Of a DNA stretch of 64,000 bases, positions 34,560-46,580 are shown one piece after another; within the stretch, counting starts at the first letter, position 1; every line of letters begins with the position of its first letter. The notes beneath the pieces were generated by a model, which saw nothing but the letters and a program-made list of their open reading frames with translations, was not told the origin of the DNA and did no database searches. Source of the stretch: Taeniopygia guttata (Eukaryota); assembly GCF_048771995.1 (NCBI RefSeq), contig NC_133041.1, forward strand, positions 4,663,324-4,727,323. The letters are read 5' to 3'. A program made the translations under genes and the position numbers.

Positions 34560-35281
34560 TTTAGGGAGGGGCTTGGGGGGGGGCTCAAAATGGCGGCGGC
34601 TCCTGAGGGGCGCGAAAATGGCGGGAAAACGGCGGGGTGGGTGTGGCTTATCGCGCGCGGGGGGGGCGGAGTCACCGGCAGGGCGTGGCCGCAATTAATA
34701 ATTATTAATTAACAACCAATTAATCGATCAGGGCGTGGCTTTATCGATTAGCGGGGGCGCGGCTTTCGCGCTGCGCGGCCAATCAGCGCCGCGCCCGCGC
34801 GGTTGCCATGACAACGCTCTGCCATCATGGCGCCGCGGCCGCGCCGGCTGCTGATTGGTTCTCCCTCCTCTTGGCGGGCGTGTCCCGACCAATCAGCGCT
34901 CCGCTTTTCCGTGAGGGGGATCCGCGCCATTTTGCGGCAGGGCGGGAAAACCGCGGTGGGCGTGGCTTCGCTTAGAAAAAAAAGGAGAAAGGGGCGTGGC
35001 TTTTGCTGCGCCCAATCAGCGCCCACCGCGGGCGCGCCGCGCCCAATCAGCGCCCGCCTTTTGGCCACGCCTACCTATATTGAAGCCACGCCCACCTCCC
35101 CCCTCACTCCGCGCCCCCCTTTCCCCTCAGCGCCCCCCGCCCCTCCCCCACCGCAGCCCCCTCCCCTCCCCCACCCCTCCCCCACCCCTCCCCCACCCCT
35201 CCCCCACCCCTCCCCCACCCCTCCTCCTCCTCCTCCTCCCGGCCGCGGCTCCGGTCGCGATTCTGTCGCGACAGTGGCGAG
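34560..35281 (+). promoter_or_regulatory. MAZ: MAZ CpG-island promoter with at least four CCAAT boxes (ccaatcag/ctgattgg at about 34790, 34851, 34881 and 35012-35045), a TATA-like tatattgaag at about 35080, and tandem CCCCTCCCCCA (G3AG3 complement, an ME1a1/MAZ-type motif) repeats at 35100-35250
   Basis: CpG density is high and ccaatcagcg is repeated. The C-rich array lies immediately 5' of the putative MAZ ATG at 35282. Confidence 0.6.
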
Positions 35282-35317
35282 ATGGACCCCGCGAACTGGA
35301 GCAGCTTCATCTTCCAG
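35282..35317 (+). CDS. MAZ: MAZ putative first coding exon, translating MDPANWSSFIFQ
   Basis: The ATG follows a CpG island with four CCAAT boxes and a TATA-like tatattgaa. FQ joins in frame to AAPPPP of the next exon, mirroring human ...SPFQAAPAPPP. The donor is ttccag|gtgggg. The exon is short and diverged, hence the moderate confidence. Confidence 0.45.
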
Positions 35318-35319
35318 GT

Positions 35320-38257
35320 GGGGGAGGGGCGGGGGGGGAGGGGGGGATGGGGGGAGGGGGAGGGGCTGGAGGGTGGGGGAGGGGGAGGGAGGCTCGGACT
35401 GGGAGCACTGGGAGGGACTGGGAGGGACTGGGAGGGACTGGGGGGTGGGGGCGGGGGAGGGGGGGTGAACTGGGAGCGCTGGGGGGTGGTACTGGTGTCA
35501 CTGGGAGCTGTTACTGGTGATACTGGGAGCACGGGGAGCTGTTACTGGTGGTACTGGGAACATTGGGGGGCTTCGTACTGGTCTTACTGGTGATACTGGG
35601 AGCACTGGGAGCATTGGGAGCTGTTACTGGTGTTACTGGGAGCTGTTACTGGTGGTACTGGGAGCACTGGGAGCGATGGGGACACCGGTGTGGCTCTGTA
35701 CTGGGAGCACTGGGAGCTGTTACTGGGAGCACTGGTAATACTGGGAGCTGTTACTGGTGTTACTGGTGGCACTGGGAGCACTGGGAGCTGTACTGGGAGC
35801 ACTGGGAGCTGTTAATGGGAGCACTGGGAGCAGTTACTGGTGTTACTGGTGGCACTGGGAGTGATGGGGACACCGGCGTGGCTTTATACTGGGAGCACTG
35901 GGAGCTGTTACTGGTGATACTGGTGATACTGGGAGCACTGGGAGATGTTAATGGGAGCACTGGGAGCACTGGGGGATGGTACTGGTGTTACTGGGAGCAC
36001 TGGGAGTGATGGGGACACCGGTGCGGCTTTATACTGGGAGCACTGGGAGCTGTTACTGGTGTTACTGGTGTCACTGGGAGCTGTACTGGGAGCACTGGGG
36101 GGTGGTACTGGTGGCACTGGGAGCGATGGGGACACCGGTGTAGCTCTGTACTGGGAGCACTGGGAGCTGTTACTGGGAGTACTGGGAGCTGTTACTGGTG
36201 TTACTGGTGATACTGGTGGCACTGGGAGCTGTTACTGGTGATACTGGGAGCACTGGGAGCAATGGGGACACCGGCATGGCTTTATACTGGGAGCACTGGG
36301 AACTGTTACTGGGAGCACTGGGGGATGGTACTGGTGATACTGGGAGCACTGGTGTCATTGGGAGCGATGGGGACACCGGTGTCGCTCTGTACTGGGAGCA
36401 CTGGGAGCTGTTACTGGTGATACTGGGAGCACTGGGAGCGATGGGGGTGATGGGGACACCGGCGTGGCTTTATACTGGGAGCACTGGGAGCTGTTACTGG
36501 TGTTACTGGTGATACTGGGAGCGATGGGGACACCAGTGTGGCTCTGTACTGGGAGCACTGGGAGCCGTTACTGGTGAAACTGGGAGCACTGGGGGGCTTC
36601 GTACTGGTCTTACTGGTGATACTGGGAGCACTGGGGGCACTGGGAGCACTGGGAGCACTGGGAGCTGTTACTGGTGTTACTGGGAGCACTGGGAGCGATG
36701 GGGACACCGGTGTGGCTTTATACTGGGAGCACTGGGAGCTGTTACTGGTGTTACTGGGAGCTGTTACTGGGAGCACTGGGAGCTGTTACTGGTGTCATTG
36801 GGAGCTGTTACTGGGAGCACTGGGAGCTGTACTGGGAGCACTGGGAGCTCTTACTGGGAGCACTGGGAGCTGTTACTGGTGTTACTGGGAGCACTGGGAG
36901 TGATGGGGACACCGATGTCACCCTGTACTGGGAGCACTGGGAGCTGTTACTGGTGATACTGGTGGTACTGGGAGCTGTACTGGGAGCACTGGGGGGTGGT
37001 ACTGGGAGCACTGGGAGCACTGGGGAAACTGGCGTGGCTTTATACTGGGAGCACTGGGAGCTCTTACTGGTGACACTGGGAGCTGTACTGGGAGCACTGG
37101 GAGCACTGGGAGCGATGGGGACATCGATGTCGCTCTGTACTGGGAGCACTGGGAGCCGTTACTGGTGTTACTGGGAGCTGTTACTGGTGTTACTGGTGTT
37201 ACTGGGAGCACTGGTGTCACTGGGAGCTGTTACTGGTGTTACTGGTGGCACTGGGGACACCGGCTTGGCTCCCGTTACTGGTTTATACTGGTCCATACTG
37301 GTTTTACTGGTCCGTACGGCTCCTTACTGGTCTAAACTGGTCCCTACTGGTTTATACTGGTCCGTAGTGACCCACACGAGTAGTAAACCAGTCCAAACCA
37401 GTCTATACTGGTTTATACTGGTCTGTAGTGACCCACACCAGTCTAAACCAGTCCACACCAGTTCATACTGGTTTATACTGGTCCATACTGGTTTTTAGTG
37501 ACTCACACCAGTAGTAAACCAGTCCACACCAGTTTATACTGGTTTATACTGTTTTATACTGGTCCATACTGGTTTTTAGTGACTCACACCAGTACTAAAC
37601 CAGTCCAAACCAGTCCACACTGGTTTATACTGGTTTATACTGGTCCGTAGTGACCCACACCAGTACTAAACCAGTCCAAACCAGTCTATACTGGTTTATA
37701 CTGGTCCGTAATGACCCACACCAGTCCAAACCAGTCTAGACCCGTTTATACTGGTCCATACTGGTCCATATTGACCCACACCAGTCCAAACCAGTTCATA
37801 CTGGTTTATACTGGTCCACACCAGTTCATAGTGGTTTATACTGGTCCAAACCACTTTATATTGGTTTATACTGGTCCAGACTAGTTTATACTGGTTTATA
37901 CTGGTCCATACTGGTCCGTAGTGACCCACACCAGTCTAAACCAGTCCAAACCAGTTTATACTGGTTTATACTGGTCCATACTGGTCTGTAGTGACTCACA
38001 CCAGTCCAGACCAGTTCATACTGGTTTATACTGGTCCAAACCAGTTCATACTGGTTTATACTGCTCCAAACCAGTTCATACTGGTTTATACTGGTTCATA
38101 CTGGTTTATACTGGTCCAAACTGGTTCATACTGGTTTTTACTGGTCCATAATGACCCAAACCAGTCCAAACCAGTCCACACCAGTTCATACTGGTTTATA
38201 CTGGTTCATACTGGTTTATACTGGTCCAAACTGGTTCATACTGGTTTTTACCCCCAG
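35320..38257 (+). repeat. MAZ intron 1 satellites: tactgggagcactgggagctgttactggtg family (35320-37290), then tactggtttatactggtccaaaccagt family (37290-38257)
   Basis: Seen directly; several frames are open on both strands. Confidence 0.88.
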
Positions 38258-38895
38258 GCCGCCCCTCCCCCTCCCCCCTCCCCCTCCCCCCTCCCCGTCG
38301 ACCTCCTGCCCCTCCCCCCTCCCCCTCCCACCCCCGACCCTCCCCCCACCCCCACCCCCGCCCCTCCCCCTCCCACCATCGACCCCTCCCCCCTCAAACC
38401 CCCACTCCCGGAAGCCACGCCCACCGCCGTGACGTCACCGATGACATCATCAATGACGTCACCGCGCAAGAAGGGCGCGCCGCACGTCTGCGGCCTGTGC
38501 GCCAAGGAGTTCAAGAACGGCTACAACCTGCGGCGCCACCAGGCCACGCACGGTGACACCAACACCGCGACGGCGACAACACCCAAACGCGGCCACCACC
38601 CCCGCCCCTCCCCCACCCCGCCCATCCCCCACCCAAACCCGATGGAAGGAGGGGAAAACAAGGAATCGGCGCCGAAACGGAAGAGCCACGCGTGTGACAC
38701 GTGTGGGAAGGCGTTCCGCGACGTGTACCACCTGAAGCGGCACCGGCTGTCGCACACGGACGAGCGGCCGTTCCAGTGCCCCGTGTGCCAGCAGCGCTTC
38801 AAGCGCAAGGACAGGATGGCGGCGCACGTGCGCTCCCACCAGGGACACGTGCACAAGCCCTACGCGTGTGGCCACTGCGGGAAGAGCTTCTCCAG
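38258..38895 (+). CDS. MAZ: MAZ large exon with a Pro-rich region and zinc fingers 1-3, translating AAPPPPPSPSPLPVDLLPL...PHVCGLCAKEFKNGYNLRRHQATH...HACDTCGKAFRDVYHLKRHRLSHTDERPFQCPVCQQRFKRKDRMAAHVRSHQGHVHKPYACGHCGKSFS(R)
   Basis: Near-identity to human MAZ fingers PYICALCAKEFKNGYNLRRHEAIH and HACEMCGKAFRDVYHLNRHKLSHSDEKPYQCPVCQQRFKRKDRMSYHVRSHDGAVHKPYNCSHCGKSFSR. The acceptor is cccccag|gcc and the donor tccag|gtgggg. Confidence 0.88.
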
Positions 38896-38899
38896 GTGG

Positions 38900-40690
38900 G
38901 GTTTGGGCGTGGGGTGGTGGTGGGGGTTTGGGTCATTGGGTCATCATGGGGTCATGGTGGATCTTGGTCATGGTTGGATCATTGGGTCATCATTGGGTCA
39001 CGGTTGGGTCATGATTGGGTCATGGTGGGTCTTGGTCATGGTGGGTTTTGGTCATGGTTGGGTTTGGTGTCATGGTTGGGTCATGGTCATTGGGTCATGG
39101 TCGGACTTGGGGTCATCATTGGGTCATGGTTGGGTCATTGTTGGGTCTTGGTGGGTCTTGGTCATGGTTGGGTCACAGTTGGGTCATGGTTGGGTCGTGA
39201 TGGTTGTTGGATCATGGTTGGGTCTTGGTTGGGTCATGGTTGGGTCATTGTTGGGTCATGGTGGGGTTTGGAGTCATTGGGTCATTGTTGGGTCATGGTT
39301 GTCGTTGGGTCATCGTTGGGTCATGGTGGGTCTTGGTCATGGTGGGGTTTGGGGTCATCATTGGGTCATGGTCATAGTTGGGTTTGGGGTCATGGGTCGT
39401 CATTGGGTCATGGTGGGTCTTGGTCACGGTGGGGTTTGGGGTCATTGTTCGGTCATGGTGGGTCATGGTCATTGAGTCATGGTCGTTGGGTCATGGTTAG
39501 GTCTTGGTGGGATTTGGGTTCATGGTTGGGTCTTGGTCATGGTGGGTCTTGGTCATGGTGGGGTTTGGGGTCATCGTTGAGTCATGGTTGGGTCATAGTT
39601 GTTGTTGGGTCATGGTGGGCCTTGGTGGGGTTTGGGGTCATTGGGTCATGGTTGGGTCATGGTCGTTGGGTCATTGTTGGGTCTTCGTGGGGTTTGGGGT
39701 CAAGGTTGGGTCATGGTCATTGGGCAATGGTGGGTCATCGTCATGGTTGGGTTTGGGAACATTGGGTCATCATTGGGTCATTACTGGGTCATCGTTGCGT
39801 CATTGTTGGGTCATTGTTGGGTCATGGTCGTTGGGTCACGGTTGGTCTTCATGGGTTTTGGGGTCATTGTTGGGTCATGGTGGGTCTTGGTGGGGTTTGT
39901 GGTCATGGTTGGGTCATGGTTGGGTCATTGGGTCATGGTGGGTCTTGGTCATGGTGGGTCTTGGTGGGATTTGGGGTCAACGTTGGGTCATGGTGGGTCA
40001 TGGTCATGGTGGGGTTTGGGGTCATGGTTGGGTCATGGTGGTTGAGTCATGGTGGTTGTTGGGTCATGGTGGGTCTTGGTCATGGTGGGGTTTGGGGTCA
40101 TCGTTAGGTCATTGTTGGGTCATGGTTGGGTCATGGTGGTCGTTGGGTCATGGTGGGTCTTGGTGGGATTTGGGGTCAGCGTTGGGTCATGGTCATTGGG
40201 TCATCGTTGGGTCATGGTGGGTCTTGGTGGGTCTTGGTCATGGTGGGATTTGGGGACATGGTTGGGTCATGGTGGTCGTTGGCTCATGCTTGGGTCATTG
40301 TTGGGTCATGGTGGGTCTTGATCATAGTGGTTGTTGGGTCATGGTTTGGTCTTGGTGGGGCTTGGGGTCATTGGGTCATGGTTGGGTCATGTTGGTCGTT
40401 GGGTCATGGTGGGTCTTGGTGATGGTGGGGTTTGGGGTCATTGTTGGGTCATCGTTGGGTCATGGCGGTCATCGGGGTCATTGGGGTCATGGTGGGACTT
40501 GGGGACATTGTCTTGGTCAGTGGTGGCACTGGTCACTCTCTGGTCAGTCACTGGTCACTCACTGGTCAGTCACTGGTCACTCACTGGTCAGTCACTCGTC
40601 ACTCACTGGTCACTCACTGGTCAGTCATTGGCCAGTTTTGGTCACTGGTCACTCACCGGTCACTCAGTGGTCACCTCTGGTCACTCCCCA
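38900..40690 (+). repeat. gggtcatggttgggtcattg minisatellite (MAZ intron)
   Basis: Seen directly. Confidence 0.88.
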
Positions 40691-40691
40691 G

Positions 40692-40755
40692 GCCGGACCA
40701 CCTCAACAGCCACGTCCGGCAGGTTCACTCCACCGAGCGGCCGTTCAAGTGCCAG
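40692..40755 (+). CDS. MAZ: MAZ exon, translating (R)PDHLNSHVRQVHSTERPFKCQ
   Basis: Identical to human RPDHLNSHVRQVHSTERPFKCE. The acceptor is ccccag|g and the donor gccag|gtgaga. Confidence 0.88.
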
Positions 40756-40759
40756 GTGA

Positions 40760-43140
40760 GACACCCCTGACCCCTGACCTCTGACCCCTGACCTCTGACC
40801 TCTGACCCCTGACCACTGACCACTGACCCCTGACCACTGACTGCTGACCTCCTGACCCTCCAAATGACCCCTGAGTGACCCCGAACCACCCCTGAGTGAC
40901 CTTTTGACCTCCCAAACCGCCCCTAGGTGACTTTTTGACCCTCTGACCGACCCCTGACTGACCCCTTGACCCCTGACTGACCCCTTGACCACCAGAATGA
41001 CCCCTTGTCCACCTGAGTGTCCCCTTGACCACCCGAGTGACCCCTTGACTGACCCCTTGGCCCCTTGAGTGACCTTTTGACCTCCCAAACCACCCCTAAA
41101 TGACCTTTTAACCCCCTCAATGACCCCTGACTGACCCCTTGACCACCTGAGTGACCCCTCGACTGACCCCTTGAGTGACCTCTTGACCCTCCCAATGACC
41201 CCTGAGTGACCTTTTGACTGCCCAAACCACCCCTAAATGACCTTTTAACCCCCTAAATTACTTTTTAACCCCCTGACTGACCCCTTGATGACCCAAGTGA
41301 CCCCTTGTCCATCTGAGTGACCCCTCGACTGACCTCTTGACCCCTTGACTCACCTCTTGACCCTCCAAATGACCCCTTGAGTGACCTCTTGACCCTCCAA
41401 ATGACCCCTAAGTGACCCCGAACCACCCCTGAATGACCTTTTGACCTCCCAAACTGCCCCTAAATAACCTTTTAACCCCCTAAATGACTTTTTAACCCCC
41501 CGCCTGACCCCTGACTGACCCCGTGACCCTTGTGTGACCCTTGACTGACCCCTGACTGACCCCTGACTGACCCCTTGACCCCTTGACTGACCTCTTGACC
41601 CTCCCAATGACCCCTGAGTGACCTTTTGACTGCCCAAACCACCTTTAAATGACCTTTTAACCCCCCAAATGACGTTTTAACCCCCTCAATGACTTTTTAA
41701 CCCCCCAAGTGACCCCTGACTGACCCCTTGACCACCTTACTGAACCCTTGACCCCTTGAGTGACCTTTTGACCTCCCAAACCGCCCTTAAATGACCTTTT
41801 AACCCCCTCAATGACTTTTTAACCCACCAAATGACCCCTGAAGGACTTGTTAACCCCCTAAATGACCCCTGCCTGACCCCGTGACCCCTGACTGACCCTT
41901 GACTGACCCCTGACTGACCCCTGACTGACTCCTTGACCACCCGAGTGACCCCTTGACTGACCTCTTGACCCTCCAAATGATCCCTAAGTGACCCCGAACG
42001 ACCCCTGAATGACCTTTTGACCCCCCAAACTATCCCTAAACGACCTTTTAACCCCCTGACTGACCCCGTGACCCCTGAATGACCCCTTGACCACCTGAGT
42101 GACCCCAAACCACCCCTGAATGACCTCTTGACCCTCCAAATGACCCCTGAATGACCTTTTGACCACCCAAACCGGCCTTAAATGACTTTTTAACCTCCTA
42201 AGTGACTTTTTAACTCCCTTAATGACTTTTTAACCCCCCAAATGACCCCTGACTGACCCCTTGTCCACCTGACTGACCCCTAACCCCTTGAGTGACCTTT
42301 TGACCACCCAAACCATTTTTAAATGGCCATTTAACCCCCAAAATGACTTTTTAACCCACCAAATGACCCCTGAAGGACTTGTTAACCCCCCGCCTGACCC
42401 CTGCCTGACCCTGTGACCCCTGACTGACCCCTGTGTGACCCCTGCCTGACCCCTGACTGGCCCCTTGACCACCTGAGTGACCCCTTGACTGACCTCTTGA
42501 CTCTACAAATGACCCCTGAATGACCCCGAACCACCCCCTAATGACCTTTTGACCACCCAAACTGTCCCTAAACGACCTTTTAACCCCCTGACTGACCCCT
42601 GACTGACCCCTTGACCACCCGAGTAACCCCTTGACCACCCCTTGACCCTCTGAGTGACCCCTCGACTGACCCCTTGACCCCTTGAGTGACCTTTTGACTG
42701 CCCAAACCACCTTTAAATGACCTTTTAACCCTTTATGTGACTTTTTAAACCTCCTAAATGACCTTTTAATGCCCCAAATGACTTTCTAACCCCCTGACTG
42801 ACCCCTGCCTGACCCCGTGACCCCTGTGTGACCCCTGTGACCCCCTCAGCGGTGCGAGGCGGCGTTCGCCACGCGGGACCGGCTGCGGGCGCATTCGGCG
42901 CGGCACCAGGAGAAATCACTGACTGACCCCTGACTGACCCCTGACTGACCCCTGCCTGACCCCCTGACCCCTGTGTGACCCCTGTGACCCCTGTCAGCGG
43001 TGCGAGGCGGCGTTCGCCACGCGGGACCGGCTGCGGGCGCATTCGGCGCGGCACCAGGAGAAATCACTGACTGACCCCTGACTGACCCCTGACTGACCCC
43101 TGCCTGACCCCCTGACCCCTGTGTGACCCCTGTGACCCCT
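40760..43140 (+). repeat. tgacccctgactgacccc / tgacc.tttaacccc arrays with two truncated copies of the MAZ exon-4 head (42848-42915 and 43006-43072)
   Basis: ccctcag|CGGTGCGAGGCGGCGTTCGCCACGCGGGACCGGCTGCGGGCGCATTCGGCGCGGCACCAGGAGAAATC is present three times. Only the third copy continues into the rest of the exon. Confidence 0.88.
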
Positions 43141-43145
43141 GTCAG

Positions 43146-43296
43146 CGGTGCGAGGCGGCGTTCGCCACGCGGGACCGGCTGCGGGCGCATTCGGCGCGGC
43201 ACCAGGAGAAATCCCCGTGTCCCGTCTGCGGGAAACTGCTCAGCCCCGCCCACCTCGGGGAGCACCTGCGCGGCCACGGACACGCCCCCAGGACAG
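43146..43296 (+). CDS. MAZ: MAZ exon, translating RCEAAFATRDRLRAHSARHQEKSPCPVCGKLLSPAHLGEHLRGHGHAPRT(G)
   Basis: Matches human KCEAAFATKDRLRAHTVRHEEKVPCHVCGKMLSSAYISDHMKVHSQGP. The acceptor is gtcag|cgg and the donor acag|gtcagc. Two truncated copies of the 5' part lie just upstream at 42848-42915 and 43006-43072. Confidence 0.85.
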
Positions 43297-43299
43297 GTC

Positions 43300-44400
43300 A
43301 GCCGGGGGTCACGCGGGGGTCAGCCGGGGGTCACGCAGGGGTCACTCATTGGTCACTCATTGGTCACTCAGGGGTCACTCACGGGTGGAAATGGGGAAGG
43401 GTTGGGGGTCAGGAGGGAGCAGAGGGGGCGTGGCCTTTGGGAATGGGGGCGTGGCCTAAGTGGGTGTGGTCAGTGGTCACTCATTGGTCACTCAGGGGTC
43501 ACTCAGGGGCGGAATTGGGGAAGGGTTTGAGGTCAAAAGGGAACAGGAGAGGGCGGAGGGGGCGTGGCCAAAGTGGGTGTGGTCAGTGGGCGTGGTCAAG
43601 GGTCAGTGGTCACTCATTGGTCACTCATTGTTCACTCATTGTTCACTCAGTGGTCACTCATGGGTCACTCATTGGTCACTCATTGGTCACTCAGGGGTCA
43701 CTCAGGGGTGGAAATGGGGAAGGGTTTGAGGTCAAAAGGGGAGGAGGGGGCGTGGCCTTTGGGGATGGGGGCGTGGCTAAAGTGGGCGTGGTCAGTGGTC
43801 ACTCATTGGTCACTCAGTGGTCACTCATTGGTCACTCAGGGGTCACTCAGGGGTCACTCAGGGTCACTCAGGGGTCACTCATTGGTCACTCAGGGGTCAC
43901 TCATTGGTCACTCAGGGTCACTCAGGGGTCACTCATTGGTCACTCAGGGGTCACTCATTGGTCACTCAGGGGTCACTCTGGGTCACTCAGTGGTCACTCG
44001 GGGTCACTCAGAGGTCACTCAGGGGTCACTCATTGGTCACTCAGGGTCACTCATTGGTCACTCATTGGTCACTCAGGGTCACTCATTGGTCACTCAGGGT
44101 CACTCATTGGTCACTCTGGGTCACTCAGGGTCACTCATTGGTCACTCAGGGTCACTCATTGGTCACTCAGGGTCACTCAGGGTCACTCAGGGTCACTCAG
44201 GGGTCACTCAGGGGTCACTCAGTGGTCACTCATTGGTCACTCATTGGTCACTCAGGGGTCACTCATTGGTCACTCAGGGGTCACTCATTGGTCACTCATT
44301 GGTCACTCAGGGTCACTCAGGGTCACTCATTGGTCACTCAGGGGTCACTCAGGGTCACTCAGGGTCACTCAGGGTCACTCAGGGTCACTCATTGGTCATT
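43300..44400 (+). repeat. ggtcactcattggtcactcagg minisatellite (MAZ last intron); the related family gtcactcagtggtcactcca is at 46580-47980 and gggtcactcggggtcactca at 48110-48700
   Basis: Seen directly. Confidence 0.88.
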
Positions 44401-44430
44401 TTGTTTCTCTCTCCCCTCCCCCCCCCGCAG

Positions 44431-44519
44431 GTTCCGGCTGCCCCTCCCCCTCCCCCGGCCCCGCCCCCGCCCCTCCCCCACCCCTGGACGGGGCCCCCGG
44501 GGGCAGCCAGGGCTGGTGA
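44431..44519 (+). CDS. MAZ: MAZ terminal coding exon, translating (G)SGCPSPSPGPAPAPPPPLDGAPGGSQGW followed by a stop
   Basis: The acceptor is ccccccgcag|gt. It ends ...SQGW followed by a stop, like human MAZ ...PLPSQPW followed by a stop. The TGA at 44517-19 overlaps a possible alternative donor tgg|tgagg. The human HVCELCNKG finger and poly-Ala tail are not seen here. Confidence 0.6.
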
Positions 44520-44622
44520 GGCCACGCCCCCTCCACAGGCCACGCCCCCTTTGCAAACCCCGCCCCCTCCCTAAGCCACGCCCCCTCCTTTCACAAGCCC
44601 CGCCCCCAATGGAGAGGGGACC

Positions 44623-44628
44623 AATAAA
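44623..44628 (+). terminator. MAZ: AATAAA polyadenylation signal about 105 bp after the MAZ stop
   Basis: The motif lies within gaccaataaaaatccg. Confidence 0.5.
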
Positions 44629-44639
44629 AATCCGATCTA

Positions 44640-44745
44640 CAAAAAGGCTCCGCCCACTTTTTAAAGAGGCGCGGGATTGGCTGGGGAGGAGTGGGCGGGG
44701 CCGAGCGGCGATGACGTCATGACCACGCCCAGGTAAAAATAAAAT
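44640..44745 (+). promoter_or_regulatory. Orphan promoter-like module: GC box, CCAAT box (gattggctg), a perfect palindromic CRE gatgacgtcatg, then a splice-donor-like caggtaaaaa
   Basis: The sequence ggctccgcccacttttta...gcgcgggattggctgggg...ggcgatgacgtcatgaccacgcccag|gtaaaa lies between the MAZ 3' end and the CLN3 3' end, and no downstream exon can be identified. Confidence 0.3.
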
Positions 44746-44749
44746 TTCA

Positions 44750-46580
44750 GGAATTTCGGGTCAAAATTGGGAATTTTGGGCAAAAAAAAAGAAATTCAGG
44801 TTTTTTGACTCTCAAATTTTTGATTTTTCGCATCAAAGTTTTCGGTTCTTAACCCTGAAATTGAAATTTTGGACAAAAAATTGAGATTTTTGACTCCCAT
44901 TTTTCTCGGTTTTTTTTTACCCAAAATTCTGAAATTTTGGACCCAAAATTCCAATTTTAGACAAAAATTGAGATTTTTGACTCTCGGGATTTTCGGGGGG
45001 TTTTTTTTACACAAAATTGTGAAATTTTGGACACAAAATTCCAATTTTGGACGAAAAATTGAGATTTTTGACTCTTGGGTTTTTCGTTGTTTTTTTTTTT
45101 ACCCAAAATTGTGTAATTTTGGACACAAAATTCCAATTTGGACGAAAAATTGAGATTTTGGACTCTCCGGTTTTTAATTTTTTTTTTTTACCCAAAATTG
45201 TGAAATTTTGGACTCAAAGTTCCAATTTTAGACCCAAAATTCACAATTTTTCACCCGAAATTGAATGTTTTGACACAAAGTTTTCATTTTTTAACACAAA
45301 ATTAACATTTGGACCGAAAATTGACATTTTCTCCCCAAAAATTTGGGAATTTTAACAAAAAATGAAGAAAGTCGGGCCCAAAATTGAGATTTTTGACTCT
45401 CGGGTTGTTTGGGGGTTTTTTAACCCAAAATTGTGAAATTTTGGACCCAAAATTCCAATTTTGGACCCAAAATTCAGAATTTTTCACCCAGAATTGAAAT
45501 TTTTGACCCAAAGTTTTCATTTTGTAACACAAAACTGACATTTTGGACTGAAAATTGACATTTTCTCCCCAAAAATTTGGGAATTTTGGCAACACATGAA
45601 GAAAGTCGGGCCCAAAATTGAGATTTTTGACCCCAAACTGTGAGTTTTAAACCCAAATTTAAATTTTTTTTACCGAGAATTGAATTTTTCAAGGCAAAAT
45701 TTAAATTTTTTACCAAAAATGGAGAATTTCAGACACCAAATTGAGAATTTTCAGGCCAAAATTCAGAATTTTTTCTTCAAATCCCGAATTTTTGCCTGAA
45801 ATTCAAAACTTTTAACCCAAAATTAAATTATATTAAATTAAATTAATTTTTTCACCCCCAATTTGAATCTTTTTGGTCCAACTTTGGAATTTTCCACCCC
45901 AAATTCAAGAATTTTCTCAAAAAATCAATTTTTTTCCCAAAATTGACCTTTTTTTCCCCCAAAATTCCCATTTTTTGCTCCCAAACCTCTTTTTTTTCCC
46001 TAAAACCCACAAATTTTCCACCAAAACCCCCAAATTTTCCAAAAATATTTTTATTTCCAGCTTAAAATCAATTTTTTCCTTAAAAATCCCTTTTTTTGCC
46101 TTCCAAAATTCTATTTTTGCCACCAAAAATATTCAACTTTTTAATAAAAAAAAATTTCCATTTTTACCTTCTGAAATTCGAATTTTCTGCCTTAAAATTT
46201 TGGATTTTTTTTCCACCAAAATTCCATTTTTTCCTTAAAAAAAAAATTAAATTTTTTCCTTCTGAAATTCGAATTTTCTCCCTTAAAATTTTGGATTTTT
46301 TTCCCCCAAAATTCCATTTTTTCTCTAAAAAGAATTTCCATTTTTCCTCCCAAAATTGCATTTTTCTTGCAAAAATTCTTTTTTTGTTCATCCAAAATTC
46401 CATTTTTCCCCCCCCCTCCAAATTTTGGATGTTTGCCCAAAATTTCTTTTTTTTTCCCCCCCAAAATTCAAAATTTTTTCCTCAAAATTTTGGATTTTTT
46501 TTTTCCTGAAATTCTGAGTTTTTCTAAAAAATTCAGTTTTTCTTTTCTCTCCCAAAATTCTGTTTTTATTCCAAAATTTG
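44750..46580 (+). repeat. AT-rich satellite (aaattttggacccaaaattgagatttttgactc...)
   Basis: Seen directly, in the intergenic interval between MAZ and CLN3. Confidence 0.85.

Noticed and set aside
34560-35280. ORFs 34827-35468, 34996-35520 and the minus-strand 34748-35068 and 35104-35532 (Pro/Gly-rich) as genes
   Set aside because: They are frames through the CpG island and the CCCCTCCCCCA array upstream of MAZ, with low-complexity translation. Only the 12-codon ATG exon at 35282-35317 is supported by continuity with the MAZ sequence.
44650-44722. The mini-ORF ATGACGTCATGA (M-T-S-stop) as a uORF or peptide
   Set aside because: It is simply the palindromic CRE gATGACGTCATg, which by construction contains ATG and TGA. 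There is no evidence of coding.
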